A stretch of 64,000 bases of DNA from Callorhinchus milii (GCF_018977255.1 NW_024704743.1:37140001-37204000), one strand, 5' to 3'; shown: positions 49,424-62,935, numbered from the stretch's first letter. The notes: generated by a model not told the origin, from the letters alone. Program-made: numbers and translations.

Positions 49424-49528
49424 ATTGCCTAATGCCAGTGACAGCTGTGAACTTATTAAATGATCAGGAGATTCCTGTGGTCATTTCAGCCAAGAAAGAG
49501 TTTGATGGTTACTTAGATACAGTCATAG
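49424..49528 (+). CDS. LARS2: LARS2 coding exon (105 bp, phase 1-1)
   Basis: ttccag|AT...ATAG|gtaagc; [35 protein letters not shown]. Confidence 0.93.
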
Positions 49529-49631
49529 GTAAGCCTTTGGCACTCAGAGTCCTGGCTAGTACCAGGTTACACTGACTTGAGTTCTGAAAATCTACAAATG
49601 TCTATAGATCTGTGCCATGAATTTGGTTGTC

Positions 49632-50056
49632 CAGTGGAAGCCGCTTAAGCCGGACATACCGGAGCTGCCCATTTTGCCCAAGGTTAACTAAAGTTTCCTT
49701 ACCTCTTCCCGCCCAGGAGAAGAGTGGCAGCGGCTCCTCCTCCCTCCCATTGAATGGGAAGGGGACCAATTGACGGCTCTCAGGTGACTGCAGCTGCTCG
49801 TGAATGGATGGGCTCCACTTATCACAAGCGGCTCCAGGCTTGTCAGTCAATCAATTTGACTCCTCCCATCTCCATCCCAGAGCCGCTCGTGGTGAGTGAG
49901 TTGACGCAGAAGCGGCAACAACCAAGGCGGTATTTTGTCCGGATAAACCGGCATATTTAAAACTAGTAACAATACAAATTAATCGGGGTCGAGTGTTTAG
50001 CCTGATTTACCCGATGTCTGGAGTGAACCGACATCCAGCTAAATCGGCTTCCACTG
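49632..50056. mobile_element. MITE, Tc1/mariner (pogo/Tigger-like), 425 bp, in a LARS2 intron
   Basis: Left end CAGTGGAAGCCGCTTAAGCCGGA; right end reverse complement CAGTGGAAGCCGATTTAGCTGGA. Right flank TA, left flank TC. Confidence 0.8.
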
Positions 50057-50610
50057 TATGTAAACTGTTCTTCCCATTTTTATAATATAATTCTACTTGC
50101 TTCATTCCTACCCCATACAATGCACTCCAAGCCTTCCCGCCTCAAGTGAGAGCAGTTTGCAAGTGCTTCTCACAGGGAGAGACTAGACTGCACATTCCAT
50201 TCCAGACCCAGGGAAATTCCCATGTGTAGGTGGCACACGTATGTGGAACACTATTTTCAAGCGTGGTGTTGGGTATCTGGATGTCAAGACTCACCAAAAA
50301 AAAGCATCTCACGCAGACCTCTATCTTTGCTCAGGTGTCAAGCAGGGGGATATATACTTAGAAGTAGATACTCAGAAGTGGACTTACCCAGAGAGGAGTT
50401 CCAGAGAGTTGGCGTGACGTGCTTTGTTATCGGATGGATGGATCTCATTTGCACTGTTGGATTCCTTATAAACAAAGCTATTGGATTCCTTATAAACAAA
50501 GCCATCTTGGCAATAATGCAAATCAGACCCCTGTTACCCGTTCAAAAATAATGGTTTGAACACACAGGTGTAATTGCTGTAATGTGTTTGTGGTTCTTTT
50601 GTAAATGAAG

Positions 50611-50726
50611 GTATTCCCAGTGCAAGTCCAGATGACGCAGCCGTTGCTAACAAGCTGGGTCTCGAGGGTTTGGAGGTTTTTCACGTCCTGCCTGATGGTT
50701 CCGAGAGACTGCAGAATTCTGGGGAG
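50611..50726 (+). CDS. LARS2: LARS2 coding exon (116 bp, phase 1-0)
   Basis: tgaag|GT ATT...GAG|gtcagt; [39 protein letters not shown]. Confidence 0.92.
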
Positions 50727-51032
50727 GTCAGTGACTGGGGGCTTGCGACTGTGTTTTGGGGGTTTAAAGCTGGTGTTTCTCTTCAACTGTGCTTTTGGCC
50801 AACACCCTCAAATTCTGTCCTCCTTTCTTCCCTGCTGGATTCTGGAGTATTTTCTGAGGCTTTCTGGCCCAGAAGTTTGATCAGACTGACGGGATCAGGC
50901 TCTGCTGTGACTAGCTGCCTTTTGAACTGTACCACAGTAGAAGAAAAAAGAAGTGTATGTCTGTATGTGTGTGTGTGGGAGATTATAAACAATCTTCATT
51001 GCAATAATAACCAGGGCTCTTTACCTTTTCAG

Positions 51033-51316
51033 TTCACGGGTCTTGATCGACAGTCTGCAACTCAGGCTATCTTGGAGCGGGCAAGGAGAAATGCAATCGG
51101 TGGCCATCTCACAAGCTGTAAAATACGTGACTGGTTGATTTCTCGACAGAGATACTGGGGCACCCCTATCCCCATCATCCACTGCCAGGCGTGTGGTGAT
51201 GTACCAGTGCCTTACCAAGACCTGCCTGTGCTCTTACCCAAGGTGCAGGCCTTTGTGGCAAAGGGAGTTTCTCCACTGACTACGGTGTCTGAGTGGTTCA
51301 ACTGTACGTGTCCTAA
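51033..51316 (+). CDS. LARS2: LARS2 coding exon (284 bp, phase 0-2)
   Basis: ttttcag|TTC...CCTAA|gtaagt; contains the LeuRS signature [23 protein letters not shown]...CTCP. Confidence 0.97.
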
Positions 51317-51873
51317 GTAAGTAATGTCCCTGTTCCCAAACTACTCAATCAACTTTGCAGCACTTCCACTGGTGAAAAACAGGGTAGCTTTAAATGAGTG
51401 CCAGGATATAATAGTAATCAATAATAATAATCATTGCATTTGCTATATGACTTTTGTTGGTGGACTTCTCAATGCTCCACATAAATTTTACTATAAAGTG
51501 TAGATTTGTACACTTTATTTTGTAGTTGAGCAGATATTAATAATAATAATAATAATCCTTGCATTTGATATAGCGCTTTTCACATCTTCTCGATGTCTCA
51601 AAGCGCTTCACAGAATAGACTGTAAAGTGAATTGACTGTATATTATATTGAATATGACTGGTTTGTAACTAGCTAACCAGTTATTAACCAGTCATATGCA
51701 ATGGGGAGGGAAAGCGAAGTGCAGTGGATTCAATTTGGAAATCATCTGTTTGTCACCAACTGTTGTTAAATTAAACTGTCGCTTATAAAATGGCGATTGG
51801 AATTTATTACTAACTTTGTTTTTAATGATCGACTTTGATGCATTCAGGACTGTTGGATGTTTGCAGTCTGTAA

Positions 51874-51999
<126 letters not shown>

Positions 52000-53317
52000 T
52001 GAGTTGATGATCATCTGTGCTTTTATCACTTTTCTGCTTTGTTTTGGGATAAAAAAGTTATTTCAGCAGCTTGTGATGTCCTCCCGACGTCAAAGGCGCT
52101 ATACAAATGTAATTTGTTTTTGTTTCTTTCCCTCGCCCCCACTGTTCATCAGCTGCAGGAAAGTGGCTGATCTTGGTTTCTGTGGTCTCCACTAAGGGGC
52201 GCTCGTGGGTGGGACCTTCCCTTTTCCATTGGAAAGTTCCCAGCCTCTGCTTGATGCTTCCTAGCTATGAAAGAGCAGAGATTGGAAACTCAGTGTTGCA
52301 AGGGATATGCTGGCATAAACCGTCATCTACCTTTATATGGCTGATGTGCTCCAACCTGCTGCATGGTCTGCGAGACACAATGCAGAAAATCTTACCAGCT
52401 GAACACCTTCCTGGTCCAAAGCTGTATCAACCTTTGGTTCATATAGTTGGGTATTTAAGGTTCTATTCTGGGGACGTAGGGCCCTCATGTGGTGAGTTTG
52501 ATGCATTGCTTCTTATTGAATTTTCTCCACAGTGCTGTGGCAATCTCACGATAGAATTTTGGCAACCTTAAATCTGCAGTACATAGTCTCAAATTGCACC
52601 AATTCTATTGGCGCTCCACTCCTGACATATTAAATTCCCTCTGCGGTGGCGGTCCAATACACACAATCATAGGATCTTCTCAATATGCCATTGATACAAG
52701 AGGTACAAGCTGAAGTCAGGCACTTCCTAGTTTTTGTTTCATAAGTAGTGAGCTCCACAACCGTGCCTTGAATATTAAATACCTTTAAAAGCCAAATGTG
52801 CATGTTTTTATCAGCTCAACAGGTAGTGTAGTTGGAGCTTTCCTCTGTAGTCTGCCATGCCTCTCAAATAGAGTGAGCCCTGGAGGAATGGTAGGCAAAG
52901 AAATATAATCTGTGGAAAGAAAATAAATGTAATTTCTTCAACTTTCCTTCTAGGCTGAGTGTTATAGTTGCTACACCTCATGCTGGGAAAAATCTTACCC
53001 CAATAATGAAGACCTACATTTCATGGCAGAACTTTGTGTGGCATCAGTTTTTTCAATTCTTCAGTTGTGAATTATCTTCAGTATAAGAGTATACATTTCC
53101 AGTAGCTATCACAGTCGCTGCTTGCCTTGTTTTATGGTTTCGGGAAACTTCGGGGAGACTAGTGTACTGGTGTACTAGTTCTGAGGGGAAGGGGATAGCG
53201 TGTATTGGGACATCCTCCCAACATGAAAGGCACTGTATAAAAATAATTTGTTGTTATTGCTGGTGGTACACTGGTAGGGAGGATGGCTATTAAGCTGTTT
53301 AAATGTTTGTTTTGAAG

Positions 53318-53455
53318 ACCCTTTGACAAGGCACTGGCTGACCACTGGATGCCTGTGGATCTCTACGTCGGAGGGAAAGAGCACGCTGTCATGCATCTGT
53401 ATTACGCAAGATTTATTAGTCACTTCTGTAATGATCAGAACATGGTCAAATACAG
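53318..53455 (+). CDS. LARS2: LARS2 coding exon (138 bp, phase 2-2; GC donor)
   Basis: tttgaag|A CCC...TACAG|gcaagt; [45 protein letters not shown]. Confidence 0.95.
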
Positions 53456-53924
53456 GCAAGTCCAATTCTTCACATAAAGGCTTTGGGGAAACAGGATTAT
53501 AATACTAGGATTGTGATAAAGTACTCAAACCTCATAGGAAATCAGAGGTTAGACTGTAGTGCCTATTTCCATGTTGTTATTTTAATGAAATATTTTATTT
53601 TAATGAAGTCTTTATTTTAATGAAGTTTAAAGCATCTTTGGATTGTGTTGGATTTCCTTTTTGTGTGTGATATATTTTGCTGGTCAGAGTTCAAAAACAA
53701 GGTACATATTTTCATTACCTACTGCAGTGCTAGTCATGTGCCCCTAGAGGACACACGAGCTGTATAAATACTTGCTTTGAAATAGGAGGAACTGTTCTAG
53801 CAGTTTATTACATAAAATTAAGTAGAATGGGCAGCAACAAAATAGGCCATTTGACCCAACTAGTCATACTTTATACTTCACACGAGCCTTTACCCATTCC
53901 CATTAAAGTATACAAGATTTTTCC

Positions 53925-54190
53925 CGGGCAGGGCGAAACTAGGCAAGTTTCCTTACTCCACACGCCTCTGTTTACCCAGCAGTAAGTAGGAACCCAGTTG
54001 TTAATTGATTGGCGGATTGCTTTCTGGGGGTAATAATCTCTCCATTTGAAAAAAATTGGTTACTCAATCCACTATTGTTTGTGGGACAACGCTGTGCGCA
54101 ATTGGCTACTGTGCTTTGCCCACAAAATATACAACGTGATAAGGCGCTATATCAAATACAAGGATTATTATTGTAAGGATTATTATTATA
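53925..54190 (+). mobile_element. SINE family A long form, 5'-truncated
   Basis: gggcagggcgaaactaggcaagtttccttactccacacgcctctgtttacccagcagtaagtaggaacc, then core and tail. Confidence 0.85.
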
Positions 54191-55149
54191 AAATGCTCAA
54201 TGAGATAGAGAAAGTTAACCCAGAAACGAGCTTTCAAATACACCAAAATGGCAGGACATGAAAGCACAGGTTCAAGAATTGTGCAGAACAATATTAAGAG
54301 ACACCAACTTTGTCTTTCCACTTCATCCAGAGCAACTTGGGTTGTGTTGTGGAAAACTGCTGACTTCAGCAGAGGATAAGGCTCAACACATGCTCAGAGA
54401 GTAGTTTCAGAGTCTGAGGCTGCTTTTGGTTGGGAGCCAGTTCAGGTCCCGGACCGGAAACTTGCAGGTGGGGCGGGTTTCAAGCGTTTCACTTTTTTTT
54501 AAAAAAGCCACCAAAAGTTGAAAGTAGCAACTTGCAACCATTAAGGGGAAAAAAACAGTCATCTTAAAGCTTTGGGGAAAAGTGGCTCCCATAGGAAAAA
54601 CTATGAGACAAACTGTTAATCGTTGGCCAGTGTTATTATTCAGTCTAGATTCCTTGACATTCTTTATTGAAAATCAACTATCTCTAAGATCTGATATACA
54701 AAATATACAGTCAACTCACTTTACAGTATATTCTGTGAAGCGCTTTGAGACGTCTCAACGACATGATAAGGCTCTATATAAAATCTAAGGATAATTATTA
54801 TTAATATTACTGTAACATTGTTGACACCTGGAAGAATTCTGTGCATTCTACTAACTCATTGTTTGAACTGTGCTTTTCCCCGTGTGATATTAGTGCACTT
54901 TTCATTTATACAGTAAACCTGAGCAGAGCTTGTAATGTGTCCTTCATGGTCAGTTTGCAAGTCATTCCCTGATTCGAGTTCCATTTAACCAGGAAGGGTT
55001 TGCTGACCTTTCGCATCGATATTAAAGTAAAATGCTTCAACTTTCCTTTTGATTTTCTCCCCTTACTTGACTGTCCTCTGCTGAAGGTGGCAACACATTA
55101 GAACTATAGAAAGTTCACAGCACAGAAAGAAACCAATTGGTTTATCACA

Positions 55150-55625
55150 ATAGAATTTACATTTTTATACTGTAGCGCCTTTCACATCGGGAGATCATTT
55201 ACACTGCTGGGACGTGAACTGGGGGTAGGAGTCGGGGTGAGGAGGGGAAAGATCACCAACTTCTCGGTCAAAGAACTATTCCTTGAGATGTGCCTTGCAG
55301 GGAGGGAATCAGAGGGATTCTAGGATGGTTTTTCCAGAGAGCAGGACAGAATGGCTGAAAGTCTGCCTGCCGATGGTGGGTTGGGTAGACTGGGGGACAG
55401 AAAGCAGATTTGCTGAGAGAAGAGAGTAACCTGGTTGGTAGGGTTGAAGGAGGTCGTGGAGGTAGGGTGGAGTGAGACCATGGAAGGATTTAAAATTGAG
55501 AACGAGGATCTTAAATTCGATCGGCTGAGGGATGGGGAACCAATGAAGCCAAGCAAGGATGGAGGTGATGGGCTTGCAGAGGCTGGTGCGGTCGAGGACA
55601 CGGGCTGCAGAGCTCATTCTGCATC
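55150..55625 (-). mobile_element. L2 3' fragment
   Basis: AARVL..PITSILAWLHWFPIPQPIEFKIL..FHGLTPPYLHDLL. Confidence 0.87.
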
Positions 55626-56864
55626 CAGAGTAATAATAATAATCCTTGTATTTGATATAACGCCTTATCGCGTCATTGAGACGACTCAAAGCGCTTCACA
55701 GGATACACTGTAAAGTGGATTGACTGTATGTTTTGTGGGCAAAAAGCTCAATGAATATTTTGATTAGGGAAGAGTAGTGGAGTCAGGCAAGCAGGACGTG
55801 AGAGTAGTTAAGACTGGATGAAAGTGTGGATGGGAGTCCTGACAGCCTGGAGGGAGAGGTATTGGCGGAACCAGGTAATGTTATTGGCCATGTGTTGGGG
55901 CTACTTGTCCTCTGGAGTTTTCTGCTCTAATTCCTCTTGGTTTTGCACAATTTCAAGTATTCATCCAATTCCCTTTTAAGTGCTGTTGTGGACTCAGCTT
56001 ATTTGTGATAAATGAGTCCACATTTTTATCACATTCAACCCTCTGAGGGGGAAATTTAAAAAAATATTTTTTTCCTCTCAGGGATTAATCAAATTTATGC
56101 CTTCCTGTTACTGCCTCGCCTAGCAGTAAAAATAGACTATCAAATAATTCATAATTTAGAAAGTATTAGATTTATTATTATAATATAATAATAATAATCC
56201 TTACATTTGGTATCGTATACCATTCATGTTTGGATTTCTTCCTACATTCCCCTCTGGTTAACCATCTCTTTTCAGCAAAAACAATAATCATTCCAAGTAT
56301 TCAAGTCTCCACATATACACTATATCCCGCGGGTAACCGGAATTTGTACCTAGCCGGACCGGGCCCGAAATAGACATTTTTAAAAGATTTCTGCGGACTC
56401 CCAACACCCACGCTCCTACCGCACGCCCTTGCCTCACCGTGCTTGCTGGCCTTCAGTGGCCAGGCAGGCAGGCAGGCAGCCAGGGCTATCCACTTTCACT
56501 CAGTTTGAATCCCGCCAGCTATCTTCTGCTCACAGGATACAAACCGTTATAATTGTTGGTGCTGGCATTGACCGGCATTTTACGGCACTGAAAATAGCCA
56601 GCGCCCCAAAATTCCAGAACCGCCATTGTAATTATACTTAGTCATATCTCCCCCACAAGTCTGTTTTTGTGTAATTAGAATTAGGTACAATTGAACAGGC
56701 AATGGAATTATAAAGTAACCTCTGGTACCTTTCTTGATTGTATTCAAGGAGGAATTTAGATTGTATTCAAAGAATAATTTACATTGTATTCAAGGAAAAT
56801 TCTCAACTTGTTTTGAATTTCTGGACTTTCCACAACACTTTGTAATGCACAGTACCATCAAATT

Positions 56865-57220
56865 GGACTCCTGTGGCTCAGTAGTTACAGCACTCGCCTC
56901 GCAAGTGAGAAACCTGGGTTCTACTCCTGACAGGATGAAATGTTGGGCAAGTTTCTTTACTCTACCTAGTAGTAAGTAGGAAGCTGGTGTGAATCCATTG
57001 GCGGATCACTTTTCCGGGGATAATAATCCTTCCAAAAAAAAACAATAATAATTTGGTCACTCAATCCACGTTTGTTTGTGGGACACTGCTGTGCACAATT
57101 GGCTGCCGTATTCCGGCCACAAAATATACAGTCAATTCACTTTACAATATATTCTGTGAAGTGCTTTGAGACGTCTGGAAGATGTGAAAAGCGCTATATC
57201 AAATGCAAGGATTATTATTA
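56865..57220 (+). mobile_element. SINE family A long form
   Basis: Full head, central block, core and (ATT)n tail. Confidence 0.9.
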
Positions 57221-57357
57221 AATTATATTTGAGTCAGGGCAGTCTCACTTTATCTTTGGAGCATATTATGTTCAAATTATATTGTGGATAAATTGACCAT
57301 TTGGCCATTGTTGCAGTTGGTATAATCTGTACTCCCTCTACTTCGTACTTTGTTTAG

Positions 57358-57461
57358 GGAACCTTTCCGTAAACTTCTGGTGCACGGCCTCATCAAGGGG
57401 CAGACGTTTCGACTTCCATCAACTGGCCAATATGTGAAGAAAGAAGACGTATGTTTCAGTG
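57358..57461 (+). CDS. LARS2: LARS2 coding exon (104 bp, phase 2-1)
   Basis: gtttag|G GAA...AGTG|gtaagc; EPFRKLLVHGLIKGQTFRLPSTGQYVKKEDVCFS. Confidence 0.95.
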
Positions 57462-57734
57462 GTAAGCGCTCATTGAAACCAAGTGAAAGGTCAATAATGG
57501 AGGATCTTGATATAACACAACACAAATTCACATTTATATAGCGCCTTTCACGTCGGGAAGACCTCCAAAGCACCTGACAGTCCTGACGTGGTACCTGAGC
57601 TGGGGGTGGGGACAGGAAAGATGACAGAAGGCATAGTCCAAGAGATAAGATTGAGACAGATCTTAAAGGAAGCAGCACTTTGGAGGAACTCCGGTATGGA
57701 GTTCCAGAGTGTTGGGGCAGATAATAATAAAGAA

Positions 57735-58080
57735 TAATAATAATAATCCTTGCATTTTTTTTAGCGTCTTATCACATCATTGAGACAGCTCAAAACGCTT
57801 CTGAGATTATATACTGTAAAGTGATTTGATTGTATATTTTGTAGGCGAAACGCGGAAGCCAATTGCGCACAGTAGTGTCCTTCAAACAGTCGTGGATTGA
57901 GTGATCAATTTGTTTTTTTTATTACCCCTGGAAAGTGATCCGCCAATCGACTAACAACCGGGTTCCTACTTACTGCTAGGTAAACAGAAGCATGTGGAAT
58001 AAGGAAATTTGTCTAAGGTTTTGCTCCGCCTGGGATTCAAATCCAGGTCCTCTCGCTTGCGAGGCAGGCACTCTAACCTC
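57735..58080 (-). mobile_element. SINE family A long form
   Basis: Reverse complement of the same consensus. Confidence 0.9.
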
Positions 58081-58864
58081 CAAATAGGCTGAAAGACCGA
58101 CTGCAAATGGCATTTCTACGTCTAAAACATGTACTGAATTTCTCCTAAAATTGAGCAATGAAATACATGTACCAGCCTGTACTGTACAGTACTTGTATTA
58201 TTACAGAGACGTGCTGCACTCAACCACAGTCGTGAGCCAGGGTTTTGCTCCCCGTAGGAAAGTGCCTCGCCTTTCCTGGGAGCGTGATGAGTTGGCAACT
58301 TAGTCAATAGCTGGTAGCAGTCCAGAGCTGGCCTGAGTATTACACTATGTGATTAAAGGATCTCAATGTGTCATTTGGAGAACTTTAAGGCCCAGGAGGC
58401 AAGGGCAGAGTAGAACAATGGAACTGATCCTCAGTGTTAGAGCATAAACCATCAGGGCTGACTAGATAATATAGAGCTATTCAGTCTCAAAAAAAACGCA
58501 TGTTAACAAAGATGTACAAAATGCTTATTGAAATAGAAAAAGGAAGCCCGGCAAAGTATTTTCTGTTTCATCACAGTAACGGGAAAAGAGAGCACAGGTT
58601 CAGGGATGTGAAGGGCAAATTTAGGACATACACCAAGAAGTATTTCTCTACATAATAACTAGAAGTGGACATAGGGTTAGCATTCTGTGTTGTGGGTGGC
58701 CAGACTGCTAAGCAGTACTCCAGGAGCAGCCTGATCAGAGCACTGCACATCTTAAGCAGTGGGAATCTGAGCTCAGCTGATTTGGTCATTTGTTTGCCTT
58801 GGTTACTGCTGCAAATCCTTGACTGTCCAGCACCTTGGGACGTTCTTTCGACATGAAAGGAAGC

Positions 58865-59412
<548 letters not shown>

Positions 59413-59999
59413 TAAGGGGGTTCCCTTGGTGAGCTGGTTCCAAGGTGATATGCTTGGCAACGGAATGTTAATATTCTTTGGCGGTCTCAATAGTCCGGTT
59501 CCTGAGCCAGGTAGCTCCGCAGTACTCCAGGGCACTTCTGTTAACAGACCAGCCAGCCTGGCTCATCGGCAGGATTTGGAGTGACAGACCATTTCACTGG
59601 AAGCAGGATTTCTTTCCACTCAGCTCTTTTTAACCCAGCAAGGCAGAGCTTTAACGTGTAGGGTGGTCCTAGCTGGACAACCAGTGGGAAGGTTCCCAGA
59701 CAGTGCTATCAATGACACGCTATGTGGTTTTAGCTAGTTAAACTCCAGCAGTACCCCAATGCACACGGTGGGGTCCCCAAATCTTGGGTCTTTCCAAACT
59801 ATGTTTAATAATCTCTGGAATTAGGTAATCAGGTTGCATCCCTCCAGATTTTTTTACCTATAAAAATGATGCTTCACTTCTGAGCAATAAAATCATTGAC
59901 TATAGTTAAGGCTCGTAAAACGACTTTATGAGTGACCATTTATCTTTTGTTTCATTGTGGTTTGTGATGAGCTTACTGTGTGTTTCACTTTGAACCCAG

Positions 60000-60169
60000 C
60001 GGATGCCATTGCTGGTGTATTGAGGTGGCAGGGCCGAGTGTGGTCACTGGTCACCAAGTTGATCGATGCTCGGCTCACAGGGACAGTGCCCTGTCCTGAC
60101 CTTCTCAACAAGAAGGAAAAAGCAGAAGCAAAAAAAATCTGGCAGAGCAAAAACTACGCTGTGTCTGAG
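60000..60169 (+). CDS. LARS2: LARS2 coding exon (170 bp, phase 1-0)
   Basis: cccag|CG GAT...GAG|gtgagt; DAIAGVLRWQGRVWSLVTKLIDAR...KEKAEAKKIWQSKNYAVSE. Confidence 0.95.
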
Positions 60170-60504
60170 GTGAGTGTTTGTGGTGTCTTGGGTGTGGGCA
60201 ATGAGCCTTGTAAATAGTGGGAATAAAATGTAATTGAATGCCCTCCCATAATTGTTATCTCTTGTCACAAAACTACTCTTGAGAATCGTCCCCATTCTCC
60301 TCAAAAAGTGCATTCTTTTAAAATGGATGAAGCATAACTGTTCGAACAAACTTTATACCATCTTGTAAATTATACAAGGAGGCACAATTATAGTAATAAT
60401 AATCTTTGCACTTGATAATGGTGCCTTTAGTGTCTCAAAGCCCTATCCAGGTAATTGCTAACTGTGTAGCCTATGTGCAGAACATTTGAAGATATGCAAT
60501 CATA

Positions 60505-60892
60505 ACATAATAATCCTTCCATTTGATACAGCGCTTTATTGCATTGTTGACACAATAAGGAGCTATGTCAAATGCAAGGATAATCATAAGCTTTCACAGA
60601 ATATATTGTAAAGTGGATTGACTATGTATTTTATGGATAAAACGCAGCAGGCAATTGCGTACAGTAGTGTTCCATAAACAATCGTGGATTGAGTGACCGA
60701 TTTTTTGGAAGAGATTATTAACTCTGGAAAGTGATCCATCAATCCATCTAAAAAACAGATTCCTACTTACTGCTAGGTAAATAGTTGTGTGTGGAGGAAG
60801 GACACTTACCTAAGATTTCGCCCCACCTGGAATCGAACCCAGGTCCTCTCGCTTGCAAGGTGAGGGTGCTAACCACTACACAACAGGACTCC
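60505..60892 (-). mobile_element. SINE family A long form with an inverted duplication in the tail
   Basis: Head at 60892 (ggagtcctg on minus), central block and core. Confidence 0.87.
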
Positions 60893-61036
60893 AGGGGGCG
60901 TGCTTTTAGGTGTCTGCCTGATGTGAAAGGCGCATTTTAAATTGTATTGTATATCAGCACAGGTTCAGTTTTGGCTGTTCTAGTATCCAACTAATTGTTA
61001 TTGGTTTTGTTTCCCTGCTTGCTGAAATGTGTTTAG

Positions 61037-61114
61037 GTAACCACCTACATGAGTGAGGATTTCCTGTTGAATGCTGTAATCTCCCGGTTAATGGGCCTCA
61101 CAAACATACTCTCA
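61037..61114 (+). CDS. LARS2: LARS2 coding exon (78 bp, phase 0-0; last visible)
   Basis: gtttag|GTA...TCA|gtaagt; VTTYMSEDFLLNAVISRLMGLTNILS (anticodon-binding helical domain). Confidence 0.93.
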
Positions 61115-62935
61115 GTAAGTGCAGTTCCTGAAATCTGGGGCCACAAAGTGCGAGGTCAGTGACGGATTCCAACTGTAGTCCAGACGGGCAGGGTATTTGT
61201 GGAACATTCATCAAGCGCTGCACTGTTAAGGTCAGAATGAGACTTTAAACGTAGATTTTTAATGCTCTTGTGATCGTAACCATGTTGATTTGCTGATATG
61301 GCAAGTTTGTAGCTTGCATTTGCAAAGATTCATTGGGGTTAAATTGGAGTTGACCAGCCTGATATGGAATTTCATCGCAGCCCAATTCCTGAGCTCATCT
61401 TTGCTGTAGGATAAATTGGAGTGATGAAAAGTCTTGGACAGTCAGGTTGTGCAACTGACTCCTCAATAAGGTTTTTTAAAAAAAGATGCCCATTAAGTGG
61501 AGCTGTGTTATGTGTGTTTAGTTGTGCAAGTGGGAGCACTCCACAGTTCCTGAGCAATACGATTAGAAATGGTAAGTATAAAATGAATGATGCTTCCTGT
61601 TCCCATTCACAAGTGAAAGACAAGCGTGGTAGAAGATCTGAAGGTATGTCTCCCCGGGGCACTCTCTTGCATCTCTTCATAATTGCACCAGCACATACTA
61701 TATTTGGGAGCAACTTAAATGCACGCCCGTGGTGTCCTTGGTGCGGGAGACCCGAAATAGGGAAAGAATTGAAGTATAAAATACTCAGGCATAAAGCGAC
61801 ATTCATTTTAAATTGAAATTTAATTTGAAACAGCGAGTCCTAAATGTTTCTTGCTCCCTTCTGACCTTTTAAAAGTTCACCCCCAAAACACGCCATTGGG
61901 ATACTGTGAATGCTTTGTGAAAATAGATCCCAAATCTAGAAGGTTTCAACCGGTGTAAAATATGGTCACAGCAGCTGCAAGAATTCTCTCTGTGGTCAAC
62001 TGAGCAATGTGTTGCAAAATGAATACTGTTTACAGTAACAGGAAAGACATTGGCCTCTTCTGAGCTTGGCTTCATCCTCTGCAAAAAAAAATCAGGGCAT
62101 TCTTCACCATGGCGTGTGGCGAGAATGCTTAAATTCCATCTGCATACATGGCAATTGTCAGCACATACCTCTTCTCTCAGGAGGAAAGAGCAGGCCTTTG
62201 AACAAAAAACAGAAACCAGAAGAAGCACTTTATTCGGTCTCTCTGGTACACTGAGAATCCCTTCCTTAAAGCAATACACAGCAGTTGAGCCTCAGATACA
62301 CAGCAGTTGTTGGCTGTTCGTTGTGCTACTTATATAAAAAACACCTGGTGACCTCCTTGAAAGGATACAGTTAACCCAGATCTCTCCTTATATGCCTTTA
62401 AATCAGTTGAGTTGGCTTACATCAGAAGAGCCCCCTGAAGAATATTGTTCATCCAAAAAATTTTCCCCCAGGCAAAATAAGTACACTAACTCTCACAGGG
62501 TTTTTGTGAATTCAACTTGTCTATTATTTCTCACGATCTCAATGAGAAAATGTCAAATTTCAAATGTATTATTAACTTCAGGAACTATTTATTTGTTTAT
62601 TTATTTGGAACTGTTGACTTGCGATGATCCTTTATCCCCTTTTCCTTTTGACAGTTTTCGCCTAGCCCGAGCTGTGTTGATTTGTTGCCAGGGTGTACCC
62701 CGCTCTCAGTGGGAGAGTGAGTCACTGTTTCCCAGTCACATGCATGAGCTCCGCTCTGTCTCCTGCAGGGCAGTTCTGGAGCGAGCTTACCATCATTCAG
62801 TCCCATGGCCCCATCCATTGCACAGAGAATTGCCTCTGGTTAGCCATACCGCTCACAGGCATCAGCAGCTCAAATGTAGTCCAAAATTGAATTGGGGGGA
62901 CTTGCACAGCAGAAATTGCACATTACTCCCATTGT

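Noticed and set aside
50455..50502. 24-bp tandem duplication (and a ~22-bp triplication near 56735-56800)
   Set aside because: Ordinary short intronic duplications with no sign of function.
50670..51320. 216-aa ORF as a single LARS2 exon
   Set aside because: It is two exons plus an incidentally open 306-bp intron with canonical splice sites at 50727 and 51032; the intron-encoded residues are not LeuRS-like.
52200..52720. Possible LTR-retrotransposon integrase relic on the minus strand
   Set aside because: Only vague motif impressions; cannot be supported without a profile search.
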